Shown here: positions 11,701-22,775 of the stretch, piece by piece
Position numbering within the stretch: the first letter of the stretch is position 1
Layout: the number at the start of each line of letters is the position of its first letter
NCBI GenBank assembly: GCA_003990765.1
Contig: RBNJ01000222.1
Span: 1-36,388 of the forward strand
From: Jimgerdemannia flammicorona
Taxonomy: Eukaryota
Direction of reading: 5' to 3'
DNA: 36,388 nt
Notes under the pieces: model-generated
Databases searched by the model: none
What the model saw: the letters and a program-made list of their open reading frames with translations, nothing else
Told to the model about the DNA's origin: nothing
Position numbers and translations under genes: made by a program

Positions 11701-12757
11701 CATTGGCGATATCCTTATCATGCTGGGGAATGAATCATGATTCTACACTACCCTGGATCTATTCTCAGAATTCTACCAAATCAGCCTTACACATGAAGCC
11801 AGCAAAAGATCAGCCTTCATCACCCCCGATGGAACCTATGTCTATCTCTACATGCCCTTTGGAATGTGCAATGTACCAGCAAGCTTCTAGCAAATGATGA
11901 ACAGTATCTTCAGAGATATTATGGAAAAATGGATGATGGTATATATAGATGATATGATCATCTTCAGCTGAACAGCCAAGGAGCACTTGGAACATATTGA
12001 GGAAATCCTCAGAAGGCTTCACAAACATGGCCTCTACATCAAGCCCAAGAAATGCAAGTTCGGAGAAGAAGAGATTGCATACCTCAGACACATTATCAAT
12101 CATGAAGGAACACACACAGACCCCACAAAGATCAAAGCAGTAGCAGCATACCCAGTACCTACCAGCATCATGGAAGCCCAAGCCTTTATGGGACTTACAT
12201 CCTACTACAGAAGATTTATTAGAAGATTCTCCCACATCGCCAGCCCTATCTATGATCTGTTTAGAAAAGAGGTTAAGTTCCAGTGGACTCAGCAGCAGCA
12301 ACTAGCCTTTGATGAGCTCAAGACCAGATTGACCCAGGCCCTAATCTTGAGAAGACCTGACTGGACTCAGGAGTTTATTCTGCAAACAGATGCCAGAGCA
12401 ATGAGACTTGGAGCTGTCCTTGCACAAAAGAAAAATGATGCCAAATACATGGTAGCCTATCTCAGCCGAGGTACTCATGGGGCAGAGCAGTCCTATGAGT
12501 CTTATAAGCTGGAATGCCTTGCAGTCATCTGGGCTGTAGAAAAGTTCCACTACTACCTGGCTGGAAGACACTTCACCATCTAGACAGACCACTCAGCACT
12601 CACCTAGTTGCTCACTACCAGTGAGCCCAAAGGAATCTATGCCCAATGGATTGTGAAGCTACAAGCATATGATGCCACGATCACCCACCGCCCTGGAAGA
12701 ACCAATGCCAATGCTGATGCCCTCTCATGGATACCCCAAAGGACCCCACCACCATAA
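8795..12757 (+). pseudogene. gag-pol: Gag-PR-dUTPase-RT-RNaseH polyprotein, single frame with internal stops
   Basis: ORF pieces at 8795, 9857, 10616, 11069 and 11987 share one frame. Zinc knuckle CYNCGEEDHYASEC (9548-9589). Protease IIDMG (10217; decayed DTG). RT SPWSSPIVLVPKK, DYRRLN, YIDD (11942-11953). RNase H ILQTDA, LECLAV, NADALS. Ends at TAA 12755-12757. Confidence 0.93.
10838..11251 (+). pseudogene. dut: Trimeric-type dUTPase domain between protease and RT
   Basis: All five motifs in order: AGIDL, RSSLA, GVIDLDYTGEI, DRLAQ, RAGFSSTG. Confidence 0.93.
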
Positions 12758-12764
12758 AATCACC

Positions 12765-13958
12765 ATGAATAAGGAGCTGTACTATGGAATCATCAGCTAC
12801 CTGGGGCAGTGAAAGATGCCCCCGCATCTGGAAGAATGGACAAAAACAATTATTAATCAGACATGGAAACAATTTGAAACTAATGGAGAAATACTCAAGA
12901 AAGAACAACAATTAGTCATCCCCGAGCACCAGAAGAATCAAGTAATGAAAGAAGTACATAAACAGGGTCACATAGAAGGAACAAATACATATGACAAAGC
13001 AAGAAGAACCATGTGGTGGCCCAGAATGGAAGAAGATATCAGACAATTTGTCAGAACCTGTGACAAATGCCAGAAATAGAAACAAGACCGATGGGATCAA
13101 GCCTCTGGATCAGCAGACATCAAACCAATACTATTTGCCCACATTGCAATAGATGTAATTGGCCCTCTACCCCTGACATTGACTGGCAACCAATATGTCA
13201 TTGTAATAGTGGATCTATTTACAAAATGGGTAGAGGCTGGACCCCTCAAGGAAGCCAATGCACAGTCAATTGCTGATTTTTTTCATAGAGAAATCATCTG
13301 CTGATTCAAGACCCCAAAGCAAGTTACTACAGACAGAGGAACAGAATTCGTCAACCAGTTCCATGAGGTTCTTTACAAGAAGTACAAGATTCAATACATC
13401 AAGACCACAGTCTATCACCCACAAGGAAACAGACAAGCAGAAAGAACCAACAAGACCCTCAAGAACATCATTGCCAAGATCTGTGATGAATATGGAAACT
13501 GGGACCACTATCTACCAATAGCATTATCTACTCTGCAGGATATATGATTATAAAGCACCCATTTTACACCACGAGAAATGCTATTTGGTGAAGAAGGTTC
13601 CAGTGGAAGTTTGTCAGCAGGTAATAATGCAATCTGGAAGCATGTGGATACAGAGATATGGAGATTGCATCAAATTAGGAAAAAGGCAGAGGATTACATA
13701 ATCAAGGCACAGGCACTATAATGGAACAATGTAAAAAAAACCCACAAGCCCCTAGAGATTATCAAGATAGGAGATGAAGTCCTAGTATATTGGAATATGG
13801 TAGAAGCTTCTTGGTCACGAAAACTGGAGCCCAAGTGGGAAGGACCTTATCTGGTACAAGATATAAAAGGGACTACTTTCTGGCTATGAAAGCCCTCAGG
13901 CACAATAATCCCCACTACCATTCATCGAAACTGACTCAAGAAGTACCATGGCCAATAA
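12765..13958 (+). pseudogene. int: Integrase encoded as its own ORF (HHCC, DDE, GPY; no chromodomain)
   Basis: ATG 7 nt after the pol stop, in a different frame. HKQGH..CDKC, IDVIGPL, TDRGTEF, AERTN, KLEPKWEGPY. Ends at TAA 13956-13958. Confidence 0.9.
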
Positions 13959-14409
13959 CCAAAGCACTGTGATAGCACTCAAGATCACTAGTGCTACCCA
14001 AAGAGCCATTGAAAGACAATGGCACACCACCGAGCCTCCGACCATAGAGGCATACTATGAGGATATTCAGAGTATTGTACAGACTCATCTCTCTTAGATC
14101 TTGCACTTTAGAGCCTATCAATATCAGGCAGAATTCCAAGAGTACTTCAAGCTTGGACAGGTGCTCAATCAGGATCCAGCAAAGACCAAAGAGGACTGGA
14201 TTGCCAAGTGTCAACTCTCCCACTCACAGATCACTATTGCCAAAAGAATCTACAAGTTATTCCGAGAAGATGAACTAGCAATAGACTACCTGAGAGGGGT
14301 AACCCCCACCGACTTCGAGAAAGTGAGAAGACATCATTGGGAGACAGTCATGCAGCAAATTGCACAATATAAGACCATACAGATGGTTGAAGCCTGGGAG
14401 TTTGAATAG
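13948..14409 (+). pseudogene. Accessory ORF3, 153 aa, unknown function (one internal stop)
   Basis: MANNQSTVIALKITS...EYFKLGQVL...IAKRIYKLF...EAWEFE*. Overlaps the integrase end by 11 nt. Equal-length homolog at 28527-28988. Confidence 0.8.
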
Positions 14410-14446
14410 ATGCCTCAGAGATGAGACCATCTATTCAGGAGGAAGT

Positions 14447-14913
14447 TGTGACGGTATAGCCAAATTTGGAAGAAGGAAATAGGGAATAGATACTTGATCG
14501 TACCCAGTTCCAAAGTAGTATAGCCTTATAGTTAGCAGTCCTCGATTTTGACATTGTCTAAATTCTTAGACATTGTCTAAATTTTTAGACATTATCCAAA
14601 TCGAACATCCTGATTTAATATAGCATTTAGACATTGTCCAAATATTTTGACAAGTCCAAATGACTCATTTATTACTTAGCCACCCTCGCATAGCTAGCAA
14701 ACTTGTATAAATAACCCAGTATCTTGGTGTGAATAAACCTCAGATCGAAAGTGTTAGAAAAAGAACAAGTATACTAATAAAAGGACCTTCAGGATTACCT
14801 CTTTAAAAACACATTTGGCCTTAAGGAACTACTGACTCTGGGAGTCAAGGAGACAAGAATTCAAGATAAAGAAATCCAATGTACTTGCCCATCTTAGCGT
14901 CTGCTATGTTACA
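14447..14913 (+). repeat. 3' LTR (467 bp), preceded by PPT AGGAGGAAG
   Basis: TGTGACG...TGTTACA termini; direct repeat of 8222-8689. Confidence 0.97.
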
Positions 14914-17489
14914 GTAGATAAAAGAGTAGTTTATAAAGAAGTTAAGAAAGAGAAAAGAAGTATATTAGAGTAGAATAGAGTAGAGTGAGTTGAATTAGAG
15001 CTACTAGTGTAGTATAAGAACTGTATATCTGTTATAGATTAGTTAATAAAGAGGCCTAGTGCTCAGGAAAAAAAAAAAAAAAAAAGTAGAGAGAGATTTA
15101 AATATTTTATATAAGTCTTTTAAAGATATATTAGAGAGATGACCAAAAAGAAGTAAAAGAATAAGAAGAGATAGATAGATAGAAGATTATAGTTATTAAT
15201 GAACAGATAGTATAATAGTATAACTTCACTATTATAGTAATTGTACTCTTTAAGTTAATAATTCTTATTATTAATAACTTAAAGATACTTATGTTAGATA
15301 TCTATAGCTTAAGGAAGTAGCTGTCTTAATATCTAAGTACTATCTGTTGTACTTTTAATTAATCTAATCTCTTTCTGGTAGACTTAGATAATAATTTAGC
15401 AATTATGGACTTTAATTCTTTAAAGTCTAAGTTCTTTAATATATCCTTTTTAGATATAATCTAGTTCTGAGAATTATATTTAGATTTTTCAGAGTTTAAG
15501 TATTTATATAGTTCAAGGTATCTAATTTTAGATGTAGTCTTTCTATTGGAGATTATTCTGAGATCTATCTATATATTATAGACTTAGGTCTTAATTATTC
15601 TTTTTATTCAATATTCTGTAAATTCTGAGAGTTTTTAAGTTGTTTCTCTAAGAGTATTTATATATTTTGAAGGTCTTTTAATATTGACTAACTATTGACT
15701 AAAAGATATAAAATAAAAAGTCACTAGAAATAATATAAATGTTATATTATAATAATATTATTATAAAGTTAAAATGATACTATTTAATGATATTATTTTC
15801 ATATACTAACTTTGAAGTTATTGTTTTAGATTTCAATTGAGACTTATGATGTAGTATTTTATTACATTATATAATAGTAATGGATATCTGTATAAGGGGT
15901 TAGAGGCTCTTCATCTATCTCTATACTAGATAAAGAATAGGTTAGCTCTTCTGAGCTAGTTTCTGACCTCATAGTCTCAGATACATAATATAAAAGACCA
16001 GTCAGAGACTAGTCTAATATTGGAGAAGACATAGTAACCAGATAGCCAGATACTGATAGGGATAGAGACTTATATAATTAGTTCTTAGAAAAGACTAATG
16101 ATAGAGTTAAACACCTCATTCTCATAAGGTCAAACATTATTATTATAGTGATCTTGAAGGTTAAAGTCATTTATAAGATCTAACTCTACTTATATAATAT
16201 GAGTGCCAATTTCAATAAGAGCTATTCCTTATATATCACTAATAGTAAAGAGTATTTTCCAAAATAATTAGTAAGTATAGAGCAAAATATGCTATCTAAA
16301 TATAGAGATATTATATTTATTCAGTATTTCTGAAATATTCATATTATTTCTGATAATAAGTCTATCTATCTAATAGTTTCTTAATATTATAAAGTATCTG
16401 GTAATCTATTATATTTTAGATACAACTTCATCAGCAGTTTGTAGATACTGCTCAAGATTATAGATATATATCTATATTAATATATTCTTAGCTAAACTGA
16501 TATTAATAATCAAAGATAGCATTCCAGAGTATTTAGTAGATATGTTCAGAAGAGAAGGACATAATTTGTTTATATCTAGTTTTATTTTAGAGAGATGTCT
16601 TTAAGTTTGTATAATTATTATTTGATGGATCATTTTTCAGAGCTAATTTACTGATAAGATATAAGTATCTTTACTTGCTGTATCTAATATAGTTAAGCTG
16701 CTAGACAATAACTAATCTAGATTTGATGGAGATATAGTACTTAGTGGATAGTAGAGGAGAGTTTGACCTATATAGTCTAGATTCTCTTTTAATAAAAATC
16801 TATAAGACTTTGAGTTTATTAAAAAAAAAAAAAAAGTCAATTTGCTAGTTTTTTATTTGTTTATCAAATAAACTATTTTAGTATATAGTAATTATGATTT
16901 TATAACTTATCATAGTCTGGTTTAGCTCATAAAGTCACTGGTCTTAAAGATCTTACTAACTTCTGATATGTATCAGAGAGCTGATAATATTAATAGCTAA
17001 TTTTAATATACTTTAGTTTCTATAATATTATATACTATTTTAGTATCCTTAGTCTATTTCTAAGATGTATCCATAATAATGTCAGTATGAGTATATACTA
17101 AACTAGTATAGAGACTAGTGTAACTACTATAATATCATTAGTTGAAAAGAGCTAAAATTAGTGTAAAATCATTATAATCTCACTAATATTCTTAGTTTTT
17201 CTAGTATATAATCTTACTGATAATATAAATCCAATAATATCAACTTGATGATATTATTCTTTGAGATATTGAGATGTAATTTTATTACATTATCTCTATC
17301 TTTAAGATTTAATATTCTCATTAAATAGTTTTATAGAGATTTCTTTAAAATAAAGTATTCTTGAGATAATTTTTATCTCTTTTCTCTTTTTGAGGTCCTT
17401 ATAGAATATTTTCAAGATTTGGAGCTCAGCTTTACTGTATAATTAAGATATCTTAATTTGATTTTTAAGCTAAGTTTTCAAATTTTTCT

Positions 17490-18430
17490 TGATCTTTTAA
17501 GAAGATCTAACTAAACTTAAGAATTCATCCTTCAGACTGATATATATAAGTTTAGTTAGATTAGATAGAGTCTTTATATAAAAAAAAACATATCTCTATC
17601 AAGGAACCTGTAGAGAAGAAAGAAGTATAAATTCTATAAGTTAGAGTATCTTATAGTCATTTGGACTATAGAAAATTTTACTACTACCTTGCAGAAAGAT
17701 ACTTCACTATCCTGATAGACTATTTGGCCCTTACTTAGTTAATGACTATAACTAAACTCAAAAGAATATTTATCATATAATTATAAAGCTATATATAAGC
17801 TTATAATATAATTATTATATACTATTTAAAAAGAACTAATACTAATACTAATCCTCTTTTATAGATATCTTAAAGAATCTACAACTAGTAAAAAAAAAAA
17901 AAATATGAATAAGAAACTTTACTATAGAATTATCACCTATCTGAGATAGCAAAAGATGTTCTAATATCTGGAAGAATAAATATAAATAATTATTTATAAA
18001 ACTTAATTTTTTTTTAAAACTAATAGAGAAATACTAAAGAAAGAAAAGCTACTAGTTATATCTGAATATAAAAAGGAATAAGAAATGAAATTATATATAA
18101 ACTTAATTATTTAGAAGGAATAAATATCTATAATAAAGTAAAAACAATAATATAGTAGTTAGAAATAGAGGAAGATATTAGATAATTTATCAAAATCTGT
18201 GATAAATATTAGAAATAGAAGTAAGATTAGTAAAATCAGACTCCAGGATCAGCAGACATAGACCTAGTACTATTTGTCTGTATTATAATAAATATAATTA
18301 GTTTCTTATCTATAATATTAACTGATAATTAATATATATATCATCATTATCATAGATCTTTTTACAAAATAAATAAAAGCAGAACTTCTCAAAAAGTCAA
18401 TGCATAGTTAATTACTGATTTCTTTTACAG
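17490..18430 (+). pseudogene. Decayed fragment (RNase H to integrase N-terminal half) of a third dUTPase-Gypsy relative
   Basis: EFILQTD (17521), YYLAERYFTI, ATG AAT AAG AAA CTT TAC (17905). Collinear with about 12340-13290. Confidence 0.85.
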
Positions 18431-18928
18431 CAGAGAAGGAAGAAGGCCCAGCGAGAGCCAAGGGAGTGAACCCAGAGCCAGTGTCAAAGTGAACGGAAGA
18501 CATATAGAAAGATATATATAAGGGGGATGAATAAAGAATGTAACTGAAAATGCATAAGCCATTTATTGCCATGTAAAAATGCAGTCCTTATATATAAAAT
18601 ATAATATCCCAAAAGGGAGAATGTACCACAACTCAGAGTGAACTGAATTAGGAACCACATGACCACTGGAGATAGGCGGAGATAAAGGGAGAGCCAATCC
18701 CAGTTATAGGATAAAAATCACAAACAAACATAAATAAAACAAATCTAAATCGAGATTAAAAAACACCCATCTATCCTGGAAGGGTGAGCATGAGTGATGA
18801 GTGAGGCCGAAATGGAGCGAGCCACAGTGAGCCTGAGCGAAGTGAGGGGCTGAAGGCAGTGGAGGGGAGTGGAGTAAGGCCAAGACCTCAGAGTAAGCAC
18901 GAGACCCTGGAGGGAGCAAGGATGTTTT

Positions 18929-20790
18929 TTAATCCTCTCTAGCAGAGCCGGAGATACCAGAAGGTGATGAAAATGCAAAATGAGAGCAATGAATTAAAGA
19001 AGAAACAGAAGGAAGACATGAATAAGCAATCAGAGAGCATTGAGAAAGAGATGAAAGTCTATGGCATGAAAGAGAAGAGCACAGGATGGAATCAGGGCAT
19101 TGAGCAACCCAGCAAGCACAATCAAATAGTATAACAAGAATTGAGGGTGGGAAAGAAGAGGGGGTATGGAGAGGATAAGGGAAGAGGGAGAGAAGGGAGG
19201 GAGAGTAAAGAGGAGAAAGGAGGGAAGAGCGAACAACAGACCATTCAATAGAAGCAAGCAGATCACAAATGATAGAAATTGGGTAGGCATGATGATGATT
19301 GGACAAGAAGTCAGGGAACTGTTGGGAATATGGAAAATGAGAATAAACAACAGTTCAAAAAGGAGAAAGAGAAATAGAAAGGTCCAAGAAGGGAATACTA
19401 ATCATACTGCACACCCAAGTAATAGAATGATGGGGAGGGTAGATACCCGAAAACATACCAGGGATATCAATATCAGCAATAGCAAAGACAATAAAGTCAT
19501 CGATATATCGGTGAAAGAAGATATCCCTGGCCTGGAACATGATGAAAAGAGATGAAGAAAGATCACATATTGCATGAAGTTTATGGGCCAGGCCAACGAG
19601 ATTGGTAAGGGTGGAGGCACAATTCATACCCATGGCAATACTAGAAGTCTGGTGAAAAGAGCCAAGGACTGACTCAAAATAATTAGAGCTGCAGATGAGG
19701 AGCATAAGCTCAACAATGGAAGTCAACAAGATAGGAGAATTCAAAGGAAAAACAATAGAACCCAAGAAGTGAAGGCAATTATCAATCTCATCAAAACGAA
19801 TAGTAGTATAGAAGGAGGAAAAATCACCAGAGGCCAAATGGGAAAAACAGTGAACAGGCACAATGGTAGAGCAGAGAAGGGTGAGCTCCTGAGTATCATG
19901 AAGAATGGTATACTCAGGCCTAAGATGGTGTTGTAGAAGAGCCATCCAGGAGAGGAAGAAGTGGGATAACTACTTTGAAATCTCAGTAGTAGGGGAACTA
20001 TAAGCAGCCATAATGGGATGCCAAGCCAAAGTAGGCTTGTGAACTTTAGAAAGAGCATAGAAAACCAGAAGAGAAATATCTGGGAAGAACAAAGAGTCCT
20101 GGAAGAAGTTAAAAATAGGATTCATGAATGGAGAATCCAAAAGTGATCTGGTATAAGCCAGAGAAACCTGAAGAAGAGTAAGAATCTCATCCAATCTAAG
20201 AGTGCTAGGCTCATAAGCCACAGCTCAAAAGAGGGCAGAAAGGCCATCAAGGTAGAGCGACTTAGGAATAAGTGCAAAACCTTGATTCTTATCAATGACT
20301 ATGAGCAAATGCATGGGCAATTGCTTGACCAATTTAAGCATGGTATATATAGCATAGTCTGAAACCAAGTAGGAGCAAGCGTGTCCAGAAATGGACAGTG
20401 AGCAAGCCATGTTGAGGAATATATAGTATGAAGAGACATTGGGAGAGGGGACCAAATCACTAGGAACAAAATAGCAAGAGGACATCTCACTACAATCTTG
20501 ATATGACAAAAACATGTGAGATGAGTCAGATCAGTGAAAGAAAATTGTGAGGGAGTCGTAGGAAAAACAAAGCAAGGACCCAAGGATAAGGCAAAGACTT
20601 GAAAGGGAGAAAGGGGGCAGTCAGCCGAAGAGAAAGGAGGAGACAAAAGTGTTTCAAGAGAAGAGTAAACCTGAAAGTTCAGGATAAGCAACTGGGAAAG
20701 GTGAAGGGGGGACAACATGAGGAACCACTCAGGGCACACCAGAAGCGACAATGGAATCTGAGAAGAGACAGGGATACTGGGGGAGAATCA
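18929..20790 (-). pseudogene. PLE reverse transcriptase with stops and at least one frameshift
   Basis: LSLGPCFVFP, IDKNQG (PLE DKN motif), FYALSKVHK, WHPIMAAYSSPT, GDFSSFYT, QTSSIAMG, RYIDD, IPFLDL. ORF pieces starting 20515, 20221, 19945 and 19306 share one frame. Start position approximate. Confidence 0.88.
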
Positions 20791-20804
20791 TGCTAGGGGG
20801 AAGT

Positions 20805-22034
20805 TTAAGAGTAGGAGACCTTCCTCTTCTCTCTGACTTTTTTTGAAGGCGGTGAACCCAATGAACAGAAGTATACCCCATCAGAGTACCAGATCTTGCG
20901 GCCACAGGCTTTCGTACAGCCCTTATATTTAGGGGCACAGGTGGAGGAGGCGGAGGAGAAACCAGTAGAGGAGGCCAAAGGTGAGCAAGCAGCCAAAGGA
21001 GCAGCAGCATGAGGAACACCATCATGAGGACAGACAGACTTGGCCGGGTGCCAGTAGGCACAGTGGAGGCAACCAGAGTAGACAGCACAAGGCCAGGCCC
21101 TGACAGGGTGAGAACCAAGTTGGCGGCCATGCTTGGGGGCAGGGGAAATGGAGGAGAAAGCCTTGGTGAGGGAGGGAGACCAAGAAGAGGCCGACAAAGC
21201 CTGGTTGGGCTTGGCAGGGGTCTTGGCAGGGGTCTTGGAGGGGGCCTTGGCAGCAGTAGTGGCAAAGGAATAAACCTCAGCACAAGTAGCAGCACAAGCT
21301 TTGGCACAAATGGCCTCAGAGACCAAAACCTCGGGGAAGGTAGACAGGGGAGCAGTGGTGGCAGCATGAGCAGCAGTAGCAGTATATGACATCTCCTACT
21401 CATGAAGGCAAGCAATAAAAGAGGTGCTGGCAAGGAGAAAATGATGCACAGTATCAATGTTGGCAGTGACAGAAGAAACGTCTTGGATAGTAAAGCCACA
21501 GAAGGGGGCAGCATCTGAAAGGTAAGAGGAGGCAAAGGCCATGAAGACAGTACAGATATGGTAGAAGGAGGCAGAAGCAGTAGCAGCAGAAGTAGCAGCA
21601 GCATCAGCAGTGGTAAGCTTGGTGGTGGCAGTGGCAGTATGAATCTCTTCAGAGAGAGCTTGGCAGTAGACCTTGGGGAGAATGGAGTAGCAGACAGCAG
21701 ATGGAGCAATGATGTTGACATCACAGCAGAGACGAGCCTCCTTAGCAGAGAGGGCAAGAACTGACTGGAACTGAGAGAGGAGTAGATGACCAGAGAGACA
21801 AAGGTCCAGGGGGAGGGAAAGGATGGCAGATGAGATATAGGTCTTGAATGAGATAGTGGTGGAGGTGAAGGCAGGGGGAGGAGGAGGAGAAAGAGCCTCA
21901 TCTATGAGCTCATCAATGAGGACAGAGGCTCTGAGGGCAGATGGTACAGCAGAGGAGGAAGAAGGCCCAGCAGGAGCCAAGGGAGCGAACCCAGAGCCAG
22001 TGTCAAAGTGAACAGAAGACATGTGGAAAGGCAT
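20805..22034 (-). pseudogene. PLE ORF1, about 409 aa, Ala/Ser/Pro-rich with Cys/His clusters (one internal stop)
   Basis: ORFs 21396-22034 and 20805-21392 are in one frame. Starts within the pLTR. Motifs CLHCAYWHPAKSVCPH and CTKACGRKIWYSDGVYFC; basic C-terminus. Confidence 0.6.
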
Positions 22035-22775
22035 GTATAAGGAGGATGAATAAAGAATATAACCAAAAATGCATCAGCCATTTATTGCCATGTAAAAACG
22101 CAGTCCTTATATACAAAATACGACATCTCAAAAGAGAGGACATGCCACAACTTGGGGCGAACCGAATTAGGAACCACATGACTACTGGAGATAGGCAGAG
22201 ATAAAGGAGGAGCCAATCTCAGTTGCAGGATAAAAATCACAAATAAACACAAACAAAACAAATCCAAATTGAGATTAAAAAACATCCTTGCCCCCTCTGG
22301 AGTCTCACACTTGCTCTGGGGTCTCGGCCTTACTCTGCTCCCCTCTGCTGTCTTCAGCCCCTTGCTTTGCTTAGACTCACTGCAGCTTGCTCTGTTTCGG
22401 CCTCATCCCTCACTCGCGCTCACCCCTCTGGGGTCTGTGGATGTTTTTTAATCTTGATTTGGATTTGTTTTGTTTGTATTTGTTTGTGATTTTTATCCTA
22501 CAACTGGGATTGGCTCCCCCTTTATCTCCACCTATCTCCAGCAGTCATGTGGTTCCTAATTCAGTTTGCCCCAAGTTATAGTGCATCCTCTCTTTTGGGA
22601 TGTTGTATTTTGTATATAAGGACTGCATTTTTATGTGGCAATAAATGGCTGATGCATTTTCAGTTACATTTTTTATTCATCCCCCTTATATATACCTTTC
22701 CACATATCTTCTGTTTGCTTTGATACTGGCTCTGGGTTCGCTCCCTTGGCTCCTGCTGGGTCTTCTTCCTCTTCT

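Larger units (their letters stand above)
8222..14913 (+). mobile_element. Full-length Ty3/Gypsy LTR retrotransposon with dUTPase, separate integrase ORF and accessory ORF3; inactivated by nonsense mutations
   Basis: Paired TG..CA LTRs, 4-bp TSD GTAG (8218-8221, 14914-14917), PBS, PPT, and domain order gag-PR-RT-RH-IN. Confidence 0.97.
18426..22775 (-). mobile_element. Penelope-like element (PLE), apparently endonuclease-deficient, with two ORFs and direct plus inverted pseudo-LTRs
   Basis: PLE-type RT motifs. 18426-18768 is directly repeated at 21945-22287. 18426-18934 is inverted at 22273-22775. No GIY-YIG motif seen; no TSD. Confidence 0.85.

Noticed and set aside
13948..14409. env gene
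   Set aside because: Too short, with no signal peptide, furin site or transmembrane segment.
20729..21901. 390-aa Leu/Pro-rich ORF as a membrane protein gene
   Set aside because: Probably a shadow frame of C/T-rich PLE ORF1. Only its last codons might belong to the start of the RT ORF.
22390..22420. Hammerhead ribozyme in the PLE terminal repeat (GATGAGGCCGAAAC on the minus strand; GTGATGAGTGAGGCCGAAA near 18793)
   Set aside because: Lacks the CUGANGA core in both copies and I could not build the flanking stems. An Infernal search on the consensus would settle it.
18426..22775. DIRS/tyrosine-recombinase retroelement, suggested by inverted termini plus an internal repeat
   Set aside because: The RT has PLE motifs (DKN, AMG, YIDD, FLDL); no RNase H or tyrosine recombinase is visible.
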